A stretch of 63,491 nucleotides of DNA, counting the filler, from Lenisia limosa (Eukaryota; Protista; Breviatea), in the NCBI GenBank assembly GCA_001655205.1. It is 16 parts of 16 records of this genome, joined end to end, with 100 filler letters (N's around TTAATTAATTAA, not from the genome) between each part and the next. Parts side by side here need not be neighbours in the genome. Positions count along the whole stretch, not along the records: positions 1 to 29,915 come from LPNZ01008654.1; positions 30,016 to 32,722 come from LPNZ01003977.1; positions 32,823 to 33,969 come from LPNZ01006468.1; positions 34,070 to 36,946 come from LPNZ01007852.1; positions 37,047 to 42,600 come from LPNZ01004390.1; 11 more parts are not named here. One strand, 5' to 3'. The notes below the pieces were generated by a model. It searched no databases. It was not told where the DNA came from and worked only from the letters and a program-made list of their open reading frames with translations. Of this stretch, positions 24,999-38,910 are shown piece by piece. Within the stretch, counting starts at the first letter, position 1, and each line of letters starts with the position of its first letter. The position numbers and the translations under genes are program-made.

Positions 24999-27900
24999 AT
25001 GTCGTCGACACTGCGGGCCCATGACTTTAAAGAGTTTCACACCGCTGCTGATAACGTTTGTGGGAAATTGAAGTGATATCTAAGGGGATCTCACTATTAT
25101 TAACACAGTGTTCAAAGTGAATCGAATCGTTATCGATTCTATCATCATCGCTGTCATTATCCTTTACCAAATCATGAGAATGTTGAAAACTAGGTTTATC
25201 ATTGAGCATATGGCCGCGCACGTTATTCGTTCGTTCAGAGCACTGTTTAACATTGAGAATTTATGATGTATCCCTTCCAGATTTACATTTTCACAATCTG
25301 TCTAGCGCAATGAGAGACAGGTTCACGCCAAAAACGTGAGGAGGGACAAGAGGATCGCGCTTCTTCAGGCTCGGCGTCTCCCTGCCTCTGATGCCGCAGC
25401 TAAAAAACGTGGGGTGGGTGAGATGCAGCAGCTAAAAATGTGGGTGAGATGTTGAAGGTATCTATTGAATTCTCCTAAGGTTGCCTCTCATGTTTTCTAG
25501 TTTTTTATCTAGTTTTTGAATAAAATGGTACTGTCTCACAATTTTTCAGAATACACCAAAGAAAGCATTATTGAGGCTGTCAGCTCTCTCAAAGTTGGCT
25601 TTGGCTACTTTGATCTGAAACTGTTTTCAGCAGTACGGATACCTCAAACATGTACAACATCTAACTTTTTTTTTTATCAATTTCCAAATGAATGCGAAAA
25701 TAACACAATTACCCCTTAACGTTGTGTTTTCTTGTTTTACTTCCAAGACAGGCAGTTCGAGACTTGCAGCACTCGAGTATTTAGTTGATGCCTCGTCTTA
25801 CAATTATGAGACAATGGGTTGGATCGGACATCCAGGAGCAATGGTGAGTGGGTTGTATTAAGGCAAGGACGAGAATACAAGGGTAAAAAAAAATATGTTT
25901 ATTATAAGGTTGTACCAGCTAAATTGCTCACAAATGTTTGATAAGTCTTTCTTTTCCTGAAAATTTAGTCTAACATTCTGGGGTGTTTGACCTGCTCTGA
26001 CCCAATAGCGGTTCTTGGCGCAGTAAGTCTTCTCACAAGTGGGAAGGGCACGATATCAGTACTATCATCATATATATGTAGAAATAAAAAGGTTGTATCC
26101 GGCCGAAGCCGTCCACACNNNNNNNNNNNNNNNNNNNNNNNNNNNNNNNNNNNNNNNNNNNNNNNNNNNNNNNNNNNNNNNNNNNNNNNNNNNNNNNNNN
26201 NNNNNNNNNNNNNNNNNNNNNNNNNNNNNNNCATGTGGTCCGCAAAACGCAGTTTCCATTGCAGCTGCTGCAATTCCAAATTTTCCCATTTTAATGCAGT
26301 CAAATCATGAGGTATTGCTGGTTCCATTTTGTCATTCTATGAAGTGGGTCTCAACCATATCCTTGTCCAAGTGTTTGAAGTTTCAAGAAAGTGATTGTTG
26401 ATTAGAACAAAGTGTTCCCTTCAAAAAAATGGAGAGTTTATAATTATTTTTTTGATAATTGATAGAACTGCTTTTTACACCCAGACGACACGTGAACGCG
26501 CAGCGTGGTCTGTTGGGAACATTGCCGTTGGAAGTCGACAATATCGACGGAAACTTGCGGCTAATTCCATAATCCCCATATTGACTGAGCTACTTTTGAA
26601 GGATCCTGTAAGTGGTGGTGTATACTTTCATGCTTTCCTTGAGATGCTGTTGTATCATTCAGTGGTCCTGAGGGAAATGGTGAAGGGGATGGGGCTTGAA
26701 TTTTTGTTGAGGCCCTTGCTTAGGGTCCCACCTGAACATGAGCGATTATATCATGATAAGTCGACCGATTTTCCTTGGGAAATCATAGAGCAAATCGGTC
26801 AAGACTTATCCTGGTCACTATATATTAGTATATGATATAGTATATTATATGATAAATATCATATATTATCATCAAATATGTATGTATATCAGTGAGAAAT
26901 TTTGTGTGGGTGTCATTTTTCTTCAGTTATTGTTACAATGATCCTGAATTATCAAAACATATTCAAGGTGTCATGATCTTCAGTTTGTCCAAATGATCTT
27001 ACTCCAGGCAATAACATTTTGGTCGAAATTTACCATTCAGGTTTGTAGTGGTACAGCATCTTTTGCACTCTCAGCGATGACTAAAGGTGGAGTAAACCCT
27101 GAAAAATTTCATACGTGGGTTATTTTTGGATTCTATTCGGGCGTTATCATTTTTATTATTCTTTCAGACCTGAAATGTATTCGGCCCTTCACTCTCATTT
27201 GTCTTGCAAGGTTTGTCTTGGAATTGACGTTTTCTTGTCTCTTTCCTCACTCGATCTGTTTTTAAAACAAGATTTTGGAAAGGGCTCAGACGGCTTTAAT
27301 ACATTTTCGTCTTCAATCCCCATTTCTTCGTTCTCATTTCTCTATTTTATCTACCTTCACAATCAAACATCATCAATATATTGTTGTCACTCTTCACAAT
27401 TCTTTTTCTTGATCACCCAAGCTTCCGATTTCACGTGTTTAGAACCCTTCCATTGATGCATTGTGGCTGATCTCTGAGTTGGTCAATTTAGGACCACAAT
27501 TTGCGACTGCCTTAGCTGAAAAGGGCATAATAGTAGGCTTTTGAAATTATTGCTTTTCTCACATTAACATCAAACTTTTACTCACGATCGTATTGTATTT
27601 AAATATAATGCTACATATTGTTTGTCTTCACCTTCTAGGATGCCGTAAAACCATTCTCCTCCCCCAACGCAATGATTGTAACGCTCAGAATTCTTGGCCA
27701 TGCTCTCTGCTACACGGTTGGCGTAATGAATATGGTAACATTTTCTAAATTGTTGAATATAATCTTTTAGGATGCGCATCCTGTATATCTCAACCCTCAG
27801 TCACTATCAGTTTGCCTTCAGAGCCTCATGCAACAGGACCAGTAAGTGGGGCATGATTGCGTTTTAGTGGGTCAACAAACGAGATGATACTGGTGTTGCA

Positions 27901-28613
27901 AATTGAGTGAGGATTATATCTCTCATCATTTAGTTTGTTCCTGAGAGGTGATGCACTTTTTGTAATAAACCAGCTCTTTGGAAGGTTTGCGAAATGATAT
28001 TTTCATAACTTCAAATGCAACTGTATTAATTTTGTTCAGATCTCTTGTGCTCCCTTCTTCCATTCCCAGTCTACTTGAAGCCCTATTGGTGCTCTCCAAA
28101 ACAGAAAACACAAGCATTGTCATTTGGAGAGAGGTTTGTTGGTTTATGCTTTTCTCATTTGCAACATCCCTCATGCATGTTAGAATGGTAGTACTAATAA
28201 CTAGGTTGCCCTCATCATTTCTGCGGTCACAACCTTTCAAGAGGGGCGCAATTTACTCTCCTGCACGCTTTCAGCGTCCCCTCTCAAAGGGATCATCTTC
28301 TCCCTAACAAGAATGCTCAGTTGGCTGCCTTCCCCATTTTTCATGGAAACTTGAATTATACTTCTTGCAATACTACTCATTATGGTGTATATTGTGATAT
28401 ATCCAGACGCCAGATCTGGGGATTGCGCTCAAGCTGCCATTATTTGCTTCTCTCAACTTCTCAAGTATCCTGAGGTTTGTCTGTGCGTTGATTCGAATTT
28501 CTCATGACATTTGAACCATTTCACTATTCTAGACTGCAATATTAGTAGATGAAAAGGCACGGAGCAACTTGTCCACAGCTATACAAAAATGGAAGGAAAC
28601 TCCCAATGGATGA
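24999..28613 (+). CDS. Importin-alpha-family ARM-repeat protein, TMCO6-like
   Basis: IBB-like RNERQVHAKNVRRDKRIALLQARR; ARM motif ERAAWSVGNIAVGSRQYRRKLAANSIIPILTELL then GTASFALSAM; TGA at 28611-28613. Confidence 0.7.
26753..26820. mobile_element. Family C short palindromic MITE-like element (intronic)
   Basis: GATAAGTCGACCGATT...AATCGGTCAAGACTTATCCTGGTCACTA; related copies at 37664-37796 and 59273-59328. Confidence 0.7.
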
Positions 28614-28777
28614 AGCAACAGAAACTGACAATTATTTGTCAATTCTGGATTATTTCTTCTGTTGACACTTATTTCAATTTCACCATGAGATGATCATATA
28701 GTTGCCGTTCTGACAAAGTCCAAGTGTAGCTAGTGAAGAAAGTACTATCCACAGAAATAAAAGAGGGAATAAGCGTT

Positions 28778-29895
28778 TTAGTTCTTATTGAGCTCAAAGT
28801 ACTTCTTGTCACACTACATAATGAAGGTATATCCCTAAGATATTGTTGAACAGTGAGGTTTGAGGAAATTTCAGACAAATGATATTAAAAGAAAACCCGC
28901 AAACCTTGGTTTCTCCATTGATGAAGCGATAGATGTAACAGGTCACACTTGTGTCGTGGAGTTGGAGGATAATAAAACTTGGGGGTGCTGCAGCACCTCT
29001 AAATGGGGGGTAAAAAAAATACAATAATAAAATTGAGAATTAATTCAATACTATCTTCTCCATTTAAGCAGGTTATAAAATTGAAATCTAGCTCTATTGA
29101 AGGACAAAAAGAAACGTGCGTGACATGAATTTTCTGGAATTGAAACAATATCATTATATACTACATGTATACATGCATATAGCAATGAGAAATAAAAAAT
29201 AAGGCTGTATCTGACCGAAGCCGTCCACATCACGCTTATCAAGAGATATTGGAATACTATATTATATTATATCACACAAATGATATTATCATCATGTACA
29301 TATTATGTAAATGATACATATTATTGTATTATTTATATCACAGTAATATAGAAAGTATCAAGATGATATGAGAGTTATTATGTTGGTGGGGAGCATTCTT
29401 CCAAGATCTTCACTAAAGTATCAGTATTAACCTGATGGGTGCGCCAGTAATGGAACCTGGGGACACGACAATCTTCCCTGCTTGAGCAGACAGTCTCATT
29501 GTTGATGATCCTGGGGGAGGGGGAGTAAAATTGGAAAATTTACGAACAAAAGGGGAGAAAAACGAAGGAAATTCAAAAGGAAATAAAGCACAAGAAGCAT
29601 GTTCCCTTTCATTAGTAACCAGACTTGGAAAAGTGAAGTACACTGAGCAGTACAAATAACAACAATAATAAAAACTGTTTAGTGACTTTTGTTGCCCCCC
29701 CCCCCTCCAAACCAGTTACAAGAATGTCAACATCCATTTCACGAAGGACACCCCATGCACTAAACTGGTAACAAAAACCCAACAAGGTTATTTATACTAC
29801 ATCACATGTAACAAGTATAACATATGTATAGATAATATGATATTATGTGATAATGTATATCACACCGTCCAAATATCTGTGAATTTTCCTCTATC
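28778..29895 (-). CDS. VPS29: Retromer subunit VPS29, 3' part (5' end cut by contig end)
   Basis: LREMDVDILVTG, KIVVSPGSITGAP, PSFIILQLHDTSVTCYIYRFINGETK, then CDKKYFE; TAA at 28778-28780. Confidence 0.8.
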
Positions 29896-29915
29896 TGTGA
29901 AAACAAGCCAAATGA

Positions 29916-30015
29916 NNNNNNNNNNNNNNNNNNNNNNNNNNNNNNNNNNNNNNNNNNNNTTAATTAATTAANNNNNNNNNNNNNNNNNNNNNNNNNNNNN
30001 NNNNNNNNNNNNNNN
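29916..30015. other. Artificial contig linker (N run + TTAATTAATTAA + N run); 15 copies in the window
   Basis: Same 100-nt construct near 29960, 32767, 34014, 36991, 42645, 45463, 46645, 48536, 49987, 51169, 55811, 56928, 58199, 60149, 61276; the 12-mer has stops in all six frames. Confidence 0.97.
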
Positions 30016-32430
30016 ATCATCTAACCCCCAGCCAACATCATCACATAAGCTGCACTTGTACCCGGTGTAGCCATCAGCACATTCCGAGTCCCCTGAGCAG
30101 GCGGCCGCTAAAGGACACTCGAGGAAGATTGGCGCTGTGAATGTCAGGAAAAAAAGGGAATTCACGGCATAAGCAGGTCCAATTATCAGCGACAGGGTGG
30201 ACAATGATATTTGTCGTATGAACCCTACGGCTCCTGGAATAAGAAAACTGAAACCGTTTTCTCAAGAAGGTAAAAAAATCTCAATAGCAGCCCTCCCCCC
30301 CCTAACTTGAGCTATTATCTGTCACCGACTCAAAGAAACCTGGCGAGGCGCTTGGGGGTGTTTCCACTGGCAATCTTGAAAGTCATCCGAGCAAAAAAAA
30401 AAGAAGGGATACAAAAAGTTAATACATAAGAACAAAAGAATTGTCAAAAAAAAAAAAAACAGAAGCAATAAGGGCTCTTAGAAGAGGCAAGGGTTATCAC
30501 CAGCCTACCCGTTGGCATCAAGCTTGCCTCCATTGCAATATGCTCCAAAAGGGCACGCGGAACAGCTTCCAGAAGAGTCGCGATAGAAATCTCTGAAACA
30601 GTCACTTTCTCATTTATTAACAACAATAGAGTTTTTACGAAAGTTTATCTGAGCAGAAATAGTAAAAAAAAAAACCTAAAATAATTTATGCTTGATGTAG
30701 TTTCATAGGTCGACAAAGTCATCAAAAAGATATTCACAATATGGTAATTAAAATAACGCTTATTTAGATCGCGGCGTGTGGTATCTGAAACACAAGGTGA
30801 GATTCAACAAAGATCAGCCTACACTTCACAAAGGCATTCAGAAGCCGAAGTGGCTCCAGTGATAATAGTAGCGCTATNNNNNNNNNNNNNNNNNNNNNNN
30901 NNNNNNNNNNNNNNNNNNNNNNNNNNNNNNNNNNNNNNNNNNNNNNNNNNNNNNNNNNNNNNNNNNNNNNNNNNNNNAAATTTTGAAAAAAGTAAAAGTC
31001 ATGATTTCTGTTTTTTTGGAGCACTACAACATATTACACTCATCAACCTACAAAAAATGAATATTGAGCAAAAAAAAATAAATACATTTCACTCACCCCA
31101 GACACCTTACAAGCCTCCGTAGCAGCATGGTCTTTATACGTGCCCTGTCTACACCATTCACATGGGGCATCTGTGAGGTCCAAGTCTGAACCATTATTAT
31201 CATGCCAAAGACAGAGGTATTTAGAGTGGAGGTAACTATGTTATTATCTAGTTGTCGCAGATGCAATAATCATTATTAATCATCATAAAAACTGGGAAAA
31301 CAAAACAAAAGACACCTTGCTAACCTATTCCTGTGCCAGCAATGCAAACGCATATTACTTCCCCTGCACTGCCGCTTTCAATGGGCGTTTCTCTATAATG
31401 TTAGCCAATTAGAATGCGTCTTTTTAATGAGACTAATGACACTTCCGCATGTTTCAAAAATTTCAACGCATTCTCATTAGAAATAAAAAAATAAAAAAAT
31501 TCCGACCCATATTACGCTCCTTTTCAACCATTTGTTATCAAAAGAACAGCCCCCCCCCCCAAACAAGTCAACACAGTGACATTGGTCGTCAGAAACAGCC
31601 GCTGCAACGTCCGTGATTCTTCTCAGTCCACAGTATTGGCAGAAAGCGGACGGAGTAAACGCAAATGGTTGATAATAGTTCCTAAGAAAAGTGAACAACT
31701 CTCACAAGTGGCAAATTCATCCATCATAAACAAAAGTAGAAATACGCGGCCCCATACTTCGGGCATGGAGTGCACGATATCTTTTCATTGGAAATGTCAA
31801 AGACCCATCCCGCGGGACAGCCGCAGCTATCAGTGGAGCTTCGGAGAGGGAAGCCAAAATCCTAAATTGTGAATTATGGTTCAACGTAGAGATTCGTTTT
31901 TGAGAAAAGAACTGATCAGTTTTGGAGGTTTAGGAACTTAAAAAGTAAACGCCTTGAATATCAAGAAAAGTTGAAGTAAACATCACCGACATACCAAATT
32001 ATCGCCAGAGGAAACAGGAATGAGGGTGGGCGGGCAATAACATGTACTGAAATCGCGGGTTGAATTAAGTCGGGTGAAATCCACTCCGGGCCATACCTAG
32101 GAGTTAAAACGGAAAGGTTACTTTGGGATAAATTGAAGTAAATATGTAATCATTTTTTATATTTATGCATTCAAGAATATCCATTCATAACCATGTTATT
32201 GTTGTTGTGTAGATGTTTTTCACTTGTTGTATATCGCATGACCATCTGGCTACGGAATTTACATTGCATCAAAATTCATGATGACAACATATGATACAAT
32301 ATCAAATTTACATGTGTCAGAGCCACTGTCATAATGTTTGTTTAAAAGCGAACCACCCACCTCTTGCATTGTCGTTGAAATGGTTCCATCAGCAATCGCA
32401 CTTGAAAGAGTTGTCTAAAAGATTTGAGAT
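30016..32430 (-). CDS. Cys-rich extracellular or membrane protein fragment (GCC2/GCC3, ephrin-receptor-like repeats)
   Basis: Exons translate to CGCPAGWVF..SCTPCP, CEWCRQGTYKDH..ACK, TGATSASECLC, CSACPFGAYCNGG, CPLAAACSGDSECADGYTGYKCSLCD. Confidence 0.75.
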
Positions 32431-32867
32431 GTCCTTCAAAACGAATAAACAAAAAAAACAAAAAAAAAATGAAAGAGAGAAGAGCAGGAAAATCCCTAGA
32501 AAAATAGGCATGTTAGAGAAGATTCGAAAGAGAGATGATTGAAGTAATGATTGTTGTTTCTAAACCCTTATCAGGGATTCTCTGTGAATTCTATTGACAA
32601 AGGGAGAATTTTCTCCTGAAATTAACAAAAGAAGTGAGGAGCAAAAGCCACCATTGATGTTCATATGCTCCCGAACAAAAACTGTGACGGTTTTGAAAAA
32701 CTGTGACGGTTATGAAATATGCNNNNNNNNNNNNNNNNNNNNNNNNNNNNNNNNNNNNNNNNNNNNTTAATTAATTAANNNNNNNNNNNNNNNNNNNNNN
32801 NNNNNNNNNNNNNNNNNNNNNNACATTGACACACTTAGTTTAACGTCCCTCCTTACTGGATTTAGGA

Positions 32868-33693
32868 ATGACACTCGAATCTGGTACCGAACTGGTGCTT
32901 TGTTTGGAGGTGGGTTGGGGGGTACGCCATATCATATGTACATATGCAGATGTTGTTAGTTTTCTCCTTTTTAGATTTTCCTTTACTGGTGTCCTTAATT
33001 CTCCTAAACAGATAAGTTATATGTGTAAATTGTCATTTAATTTTATCTATTGAGAGAGATTGTCTTCGTTTAGATTCTCAGTTATTTTCCTTGAACTGTG
33101 TTAGGTTCTTTTCTACTCTCCTTAACCATTTTTAGACATTCCTGAACCATTTTTTGATATTCCTTAACCATTTTTAGACATTCCTTTACCATTTTTTGAT
33201 ATGCCTTAACTTATGTTTAGATTCTCTTCAAAATTGCCGACATTGCGCATCTGCTGAAGAGCGTGAGTCTCACAACAAATTGGACAAATGTGAGGGGGGT
33301 GGGGGGTACAATAAAATGAAAAATGCTGCGGGCTTCATACTGTTTGCCAATTTAAACACCAACTGAAACCCCTTAAAGCAGGCCAAAAGCAGATATTTTG
33401 CGTGCCATTTTTTAGTGGCCGAATGCTCCTTTTGCTTTTGGTTCGCTTTAAATAGGTTGAGATGAGAAGAAAAACAAGGTTGTATCTGACAAAGCCGTCC
33501 ACAGCATCACGCTTAGAGATATTGGAATCCAGTCGACAAATTTAAAGAAATACCCTTAGTTTAGCATCCAGCCTAGGAATTTGACCGTCCAGCGTATTTC
33601 CGAGGAGTTTTTCAACCAAGGCGATCGTGAGAAGTTCTTGATGCTCCCTCTGTCACCCTTCATGGACCGAGACACTGCCGATACCGCCAAAAG
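32868..33693 (+). CDS. Class I cyclic-nucleotide phosphodiesterase, catalytic-domain fragment
   Basis: KIADIAHLLK...NWTN then RISEEFFNQGDREK..LPLSPFMDR. Confidence 0.9.
33373..33451. mobile_element. Short inverted-repeat element bounded by TTAA (family G, single clear copy)
   Basis: TTAAAGCAGGCCAAAAGCA ... TGCTTTTGGTTCGCTTTAA (16/19 inverted match). Confidence 0.45.
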
Positions 33694-34268
33694 NNNNNNN
33701 NNNNNNNNNNNNNNNNNNNNNNNNNNNNNNNNNNNNNNNNNNNNNNNNNNNNNNNNNNNNNNNNNNNNNNNNNNNNNNNNNNNNNNNNNNNNNNNNNNNN
33801 NNNATCTTTTTTGTAGTGAGATGTGATTGAGGGAGAAAGGGAAATGGGGGTAATGATGGGGAGGACCTGGGGAGTAAAACGAAGGAAATGTCGATGTATT
33901 ATTAATTGGTGGATGAGTAGGGGTTTCGTAGGCATGATTAATTGAAGTATTTATTATTATTATTATTATNNNNNNNNNNNNNNNNNNNNNNNNNNNNNNN
34001 NNNNNNNNNNNNNTTAATTAATTAANNNNNNNNNNNNNNNNNNNNNNNNNNNNNNNNNNNNNNNNNNNNTTACGATCCCAAAACAGACGGGTTTTTCAAT
34101 AGTATAAAGTCTTAGTTCTTTTGGCCTCTCGAGGTCCACTATTTATCCAATTCAGTCCATTTTCATTTTTTGCTTCCCCCCAAAAGTCTTGGAATTATAT
34201 AATAACAAAATAGCAATTTTTGCAGAAAATGAGATTATTATTCAGTCTCCTTCTTACCCCCCCCCCCA

Positions 34269-36746
34269 GGGTGGCGATGGTGTTTCGCTGGATTAGGGGC
34301 TCGAACCCTGAAAATTGNNNNNNNNNNNNNNNNNNNNNNNNNNNNNNNNNNNNNNNNNNNNNNAGCATTTCTAATGCGACTGTTTATTTTATTGTTCTTT
34401 GTTTTGTTTCCCGTATGGTACTGTTTCCTATTGTATAATATATGAGTTTCTTTCCCGATCTGCAATGTTCTCGGTTCTCGAGCTGTTATCTGAAATACCA
34501 TGAACTCAAACTCGAGTGCTTGGGGTTAATTATATTTCAGTGATCATGTGTTCAAGGGTACCCCCATGTTAATCGAATATTTATTTCCAATTTCCAAAGA
34601 ACAAACTATGTGATAATCTAGTCAAAATATAGTGCCATTTGAACAAGATAATGTTTAACGAACGTGTATTAATCGGTACAATGTCCTAAACAGCAATACA
34701 TAATGAGTAGCCGAAAGCCTTTCCATACGCCTGGAAAGCGCTTTGGCCAGCGGGAGAACAAGGTTGATGCTCAAAAAGTAGTGTTTCATGAGTTGGATGA
34801 GGACTTACACCTTTTAGTGGAGCTATATTGAGAAACTCTGGGACCCTGACGACATCTATTCAGAGTTCAGCCCTTTACTTGAGAGTAAGTCATGACAATA
34901 GTGGATTAGGACATACTAATACCCCTTCTAGATGATAATCGTCGGACTGTTCTCGCTTATCGTCTCCTTGACAGGCTTCTCTGCGTCTCTTACGCTCAAA
35001 TTGAGGCAGAGTTTCCGATGTAAGCCACCTAATTTTAGTTTCAGTCTTATCGTGCAGTAAACGTGGAGCTAGTCCCAATATGACCAAGTTCATTGAGAGT
35101 CCAGGTTAGTGCTCTTGAACCAATATTTGCAGCCATAAATGATATTGTGGAGTTTGAGAGGATATAAACTTGAAGTTATATGCAACCCCAAGGGACAGAA
35201 AGTCGTTCATGTGGAAATCACGGAGAGGGTACTTTCCCAAGTTTCCCTTTTTCCATGTTTACATTGTTTCAATCATTTTGTTCATTACCAGGGTTTCTTC
35301 TTTTAAATTTTCTGTTATCTGCGTATGCTTGGTCAATATGAGGGCTTGCGTTTGTATAACAGTGATATTTATATCATAGGTTATCTCAACAACATTTCTA
35401 AACAATACTCTTCTGATGTAAAGTGTCTGCCTTTCCAACCCACGTTCATGGCCCAGATAGCTGTTTTTCATATATTCCTCTTTACCTTTTATATAATATA
35501 TGATATATGATATAATATATTTGTTTCACCCCCCTCGCTGGAGTGCTGGGATGCGGTGCTGCNNNNNNNNNNNNNNNNNNNNNNNNNNNNNNNNNNNNNN
35601 NNNNNNNNNNNNNTCAAAATTTTCCAATTTTACTCCACAGGCATAGTGGATCTTCTTCTAGGACTGGTCTACCGGATAGATCCCGAGATCCCACATCCCA
35701 CTTGTCTCCCAACCCCCCAGCTTATGGATGCGATCAAAATGAAGGGTTGGCGAGTGGGGTGTTTAGATATCTGTTACTGGGCCTATCAAAACCGAGTGTT
35801 TAAAGAAAACCTCGGAGTGTAAGGATTTTCCCATGTTTTTGGGTTTAGATGCGGGCCAATTTTGACCAAAATTCATGGATTGTGGGTTCAGTTAAAGGTT
35901 ACGTAAAATGTGTCCGGTTTAGGTGCTAGCTGAGTCTGGGTAAGGGTTCCTAATTGTTGACAATAATCTTTTCATGTTATTTTCGGAGCTAGGTGAGTAA
36001 TAATATTAGTATTAAATATCTCAGATAAATCGATTTTAAGCTCATATTCTGAAACGTCATATTTGGAAATAGTCCTATTCCCCAATGAGCATGCAATGCT
36101 GACGGCTTGGCATATTACAACCAAATTTGAAATCGACATGGTGATAATGATTCTCCATCTCTAACTGTTAAATATCTTTGATGGTTTAAAAAAAACATAA
36201 AAAAATGGTGATAATATTGGGCAGATTTTGTAGACTAAATATTCAGTGACTTAACCGACAATATCAGGTTTTCAGTAACAATAATCGATTAAGACTTATA
36301 ACTAGGGCTTACCTACAGTCCCAAAAGGGCTGAACTCCTACTATATTTCAATATCTCTTATAAGCGTGAATGTGTGGACGGCTTCGGCCAGATACATCCT
36401 TATTATTATTTCTCATTGCTTTATACCCCCCCATACTATTCCTCATCCCCTTCAGAAGGCCTCCTCCCCCCAATGCCAACAGACGACTGGGCAACCTGTA
36501 GTGTGCAGGCGTTTCAAGCATCTCGGCAGGGNNNNNNNNNNNNNNNNNNNNNNNNNNNNNNNNNNNNNNNNNNNNTCACCAATATACAAAGTCTATTGTA
36601 TCAAAAGAAGAGTCAATTTCAGAAATCAAGGAAATTAATGCACACTTTTTAAGTCACAGAATGGTATATCATACATATTTGAGGTAGCGACTTTTCGTAA
36701 AGTATACACTAAGGTTTCACTAAGGGGTAGGGTGCTGGCCTCCAAG
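34269..36746 (+). CDS. Multi-exon hypothetical fragment, weakly SAPS/PP6-regulatory-like
   Basis: Open GT-AG exons (WSYIEKLWDPDDIYSEFSPLLE, RTVLAYRLLDRLL, AGIVDLLLGLVYRIDPE); family resemblance is from memory only. Confidence 0.45.
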
Positions 36747-36776
36747 AAGGTACTATGTATATTATACAACCTTATC

Positions 36777-36910
36777 TGCTGCGGAGGCACACAGAAAGCT
36801 GTGTGCTCAGAGTTATAAGGCAAATGATTGGGTGAATTACTATTATACTAGATAGGCGTGATAGTGTGGAGAGCTTCGGCCAGATACAACCTTATTTATT
36901 TCTCATTGCT
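36777..36910 (+). repeat. Family D repeat, near full length
   Basis: GGAGGCACACAGAAAGCTGTGTGC...GAGTTATAAGGCAAATGATTGGGTGAATT...GCTTCGGCCAGATACAACC...TTTCTCATTGCT. Confidence 0.9.
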
Positions 36911-37047
36911 GTATGTATATATAGTGAAAAAGGGGGGGGGGGGTATNNNNNNNNNNNNNNNNNNNNNNNNNNNNNNNNNNNNNNNNNNNNTTAATTAATT
37001 AANNNNNNNNNNNNNNNNNNNNNNNNNNNNNNNNNNNNNNNNNNNNG

Positions 37048-38879
37048 TACACCTGGGTGACTTTGACAATGCCGGGGTCCTGGTGTGGAATCGTGGGGGG
37101 GGGGGTCCTTTTAAAAACTGTGCGGGAGTTAAGGACTTACAACATTACATAGGAATACAAATACATCCGCGTTAAGTCCTGACATGGATATTGAGCTTTA
37201 TCTTTAGTTAATCGTGTCAGGACTTATCGTGTCAGTAGATACATGTATATACAATAGTTTTAGAAGCAGAAGTGTGTTCAACAACAGTTTTATTTCAAGG
37301 TGTGCACTCAGAATCTCAAACCATAACAAAGTAACTCATCAACAACCATTACCTCCCTTTTGAGGGAATAAAACAGGTAGTATAGTATATGATATTTAAA
37401 AAACAACATTAAGTAAAAACTGTAAATTTAATCACCTAGTTTCGACAAGTGCTACGACAGCTTTGAAACAAACCGTTACATCCCAAACTGCCGAGGTGAG
37501 GGGGGGGGGNNNNNNNNNNNNNNNNNNNNNNNNNNNNNNNNNNNNNNNNNNNNNNNNNNNNNNNNNNNNNNNNNNNNNNNNNNNNNNNNNNNNNNNNNNN
37601 NNNNNNNNNNNNNNNNNNNNNNNNNNNNNNNNNNNNNNNNNNNNNNNNNCATTGAGAGTATACGGTGACCGGGATAAGTCTTGATCAATTTTCCTCGGGA
37701 AATCATATAGTGTAGTATAGTATATACAGGGATAAGTCTTGACCAATTTGCTATGGTTTCCGAAGAAAAATCGGTCAAGACTTATCCCGGTGAATACATA
37801 GGTATGTATTATTGCCCCCATTTCGCCCTATCATTTCCCTGCTTAACCGAGCGAAGGGTGTCGTAGAAATCGAGGTGGACGCCCATAGTACGAGCCAGCC
37901 CTCTGCAGTCTTTTGGTGCCAAGACCGCATCTATACTGCGGGAACTGACGGGTGGGGAGGGGATATCATGTGATATGATATAGTACATTTTGGGCTTCAC
38001 TTCGGTTCGAAAAAAGACTGAAATTCTCGATAAATTCTTGAAAACTTGTGTTGTTAGCCAACAGAGTTGATTTTGGGGCTATTTTAATTTCATAAATTGT
38101 TCAGTTTTACGTGCTTGTTGATTGTTTTTTGTTTTGTGTTTGTTTAGAGCTTATTCGGTTCATGATTAGTAGCTTTACGCAAATATTCTTCATCGAAATT
38201 TCCTTAGTNNNNNNNNNNNNNNNNNNNNNNNNNNNNNNNNNNNNNNNNNNNNNNNNNNNNNNNNNNNNNNNNNNNNNNNNNNNNNNNNNNNNNNNNNNNG
38301 CGAGCCCCTCCGACAAGCCGCGAGCATTCCCAGCTCAAACGTCAGCTGTTCATTCCATTTCGTGAGAGGGGGGGGGGGGTGTCACAAAGAGGGTCACGAT
38401 ATCATATCACTCAATATTCTCATATTCCTCAATATCCCTATCTGTAATGCTTCCCTACGTCCCATAAAACTGAATTTCTCGATAAATCGTCGCTAAACAT
38501 AGATACTTTACCCATCTACATCAATATTCACACTAAGGCTTCAGTCCGAAAAAGACTGGTAAAATGTCGAATTTTTTTGAGGATCTATCGAGAAATTCAG
38601 TCTTTTTGGGACCGTAGGGAAGACCTATTCTCATCTCCCCCCTTCAACAAAAAAGTCGATTTGCCCCTATCGGCCTATAAGTCGGCTTCTGCGAGATACT
38701 TATTTTTATTTCTCATTGCTATGTATGCATATATATTGATATCTATATATAATTATATACTATTAGATACTATTCTTTACTGTACATAATATATTATACT
38801 ATTATAAACTATACTATTATATATGATATAAGTCGTTCTTCATAATGCTGTTGAACCAGCAATATTCTCTCTCTCTCTC

Positions 38880-38910
<31 letters not shown>

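Noticed and set aside
801-28613. Alternative genetic code, suggested by the very short ORF track
   Set aside because: Short ORFs are explained by introns; TGA, TAG and TAA all act as terminators in recognisable genes and no in-frame stops were needed
35531-35562. CCTCGCTGG..GCTGGG resembles the HDV ribozyme P3/L3 region
   Set aside because: Other E copies read CCGCTGGAGTGATGGG, and I could not build P1/P2/P4; likely chance
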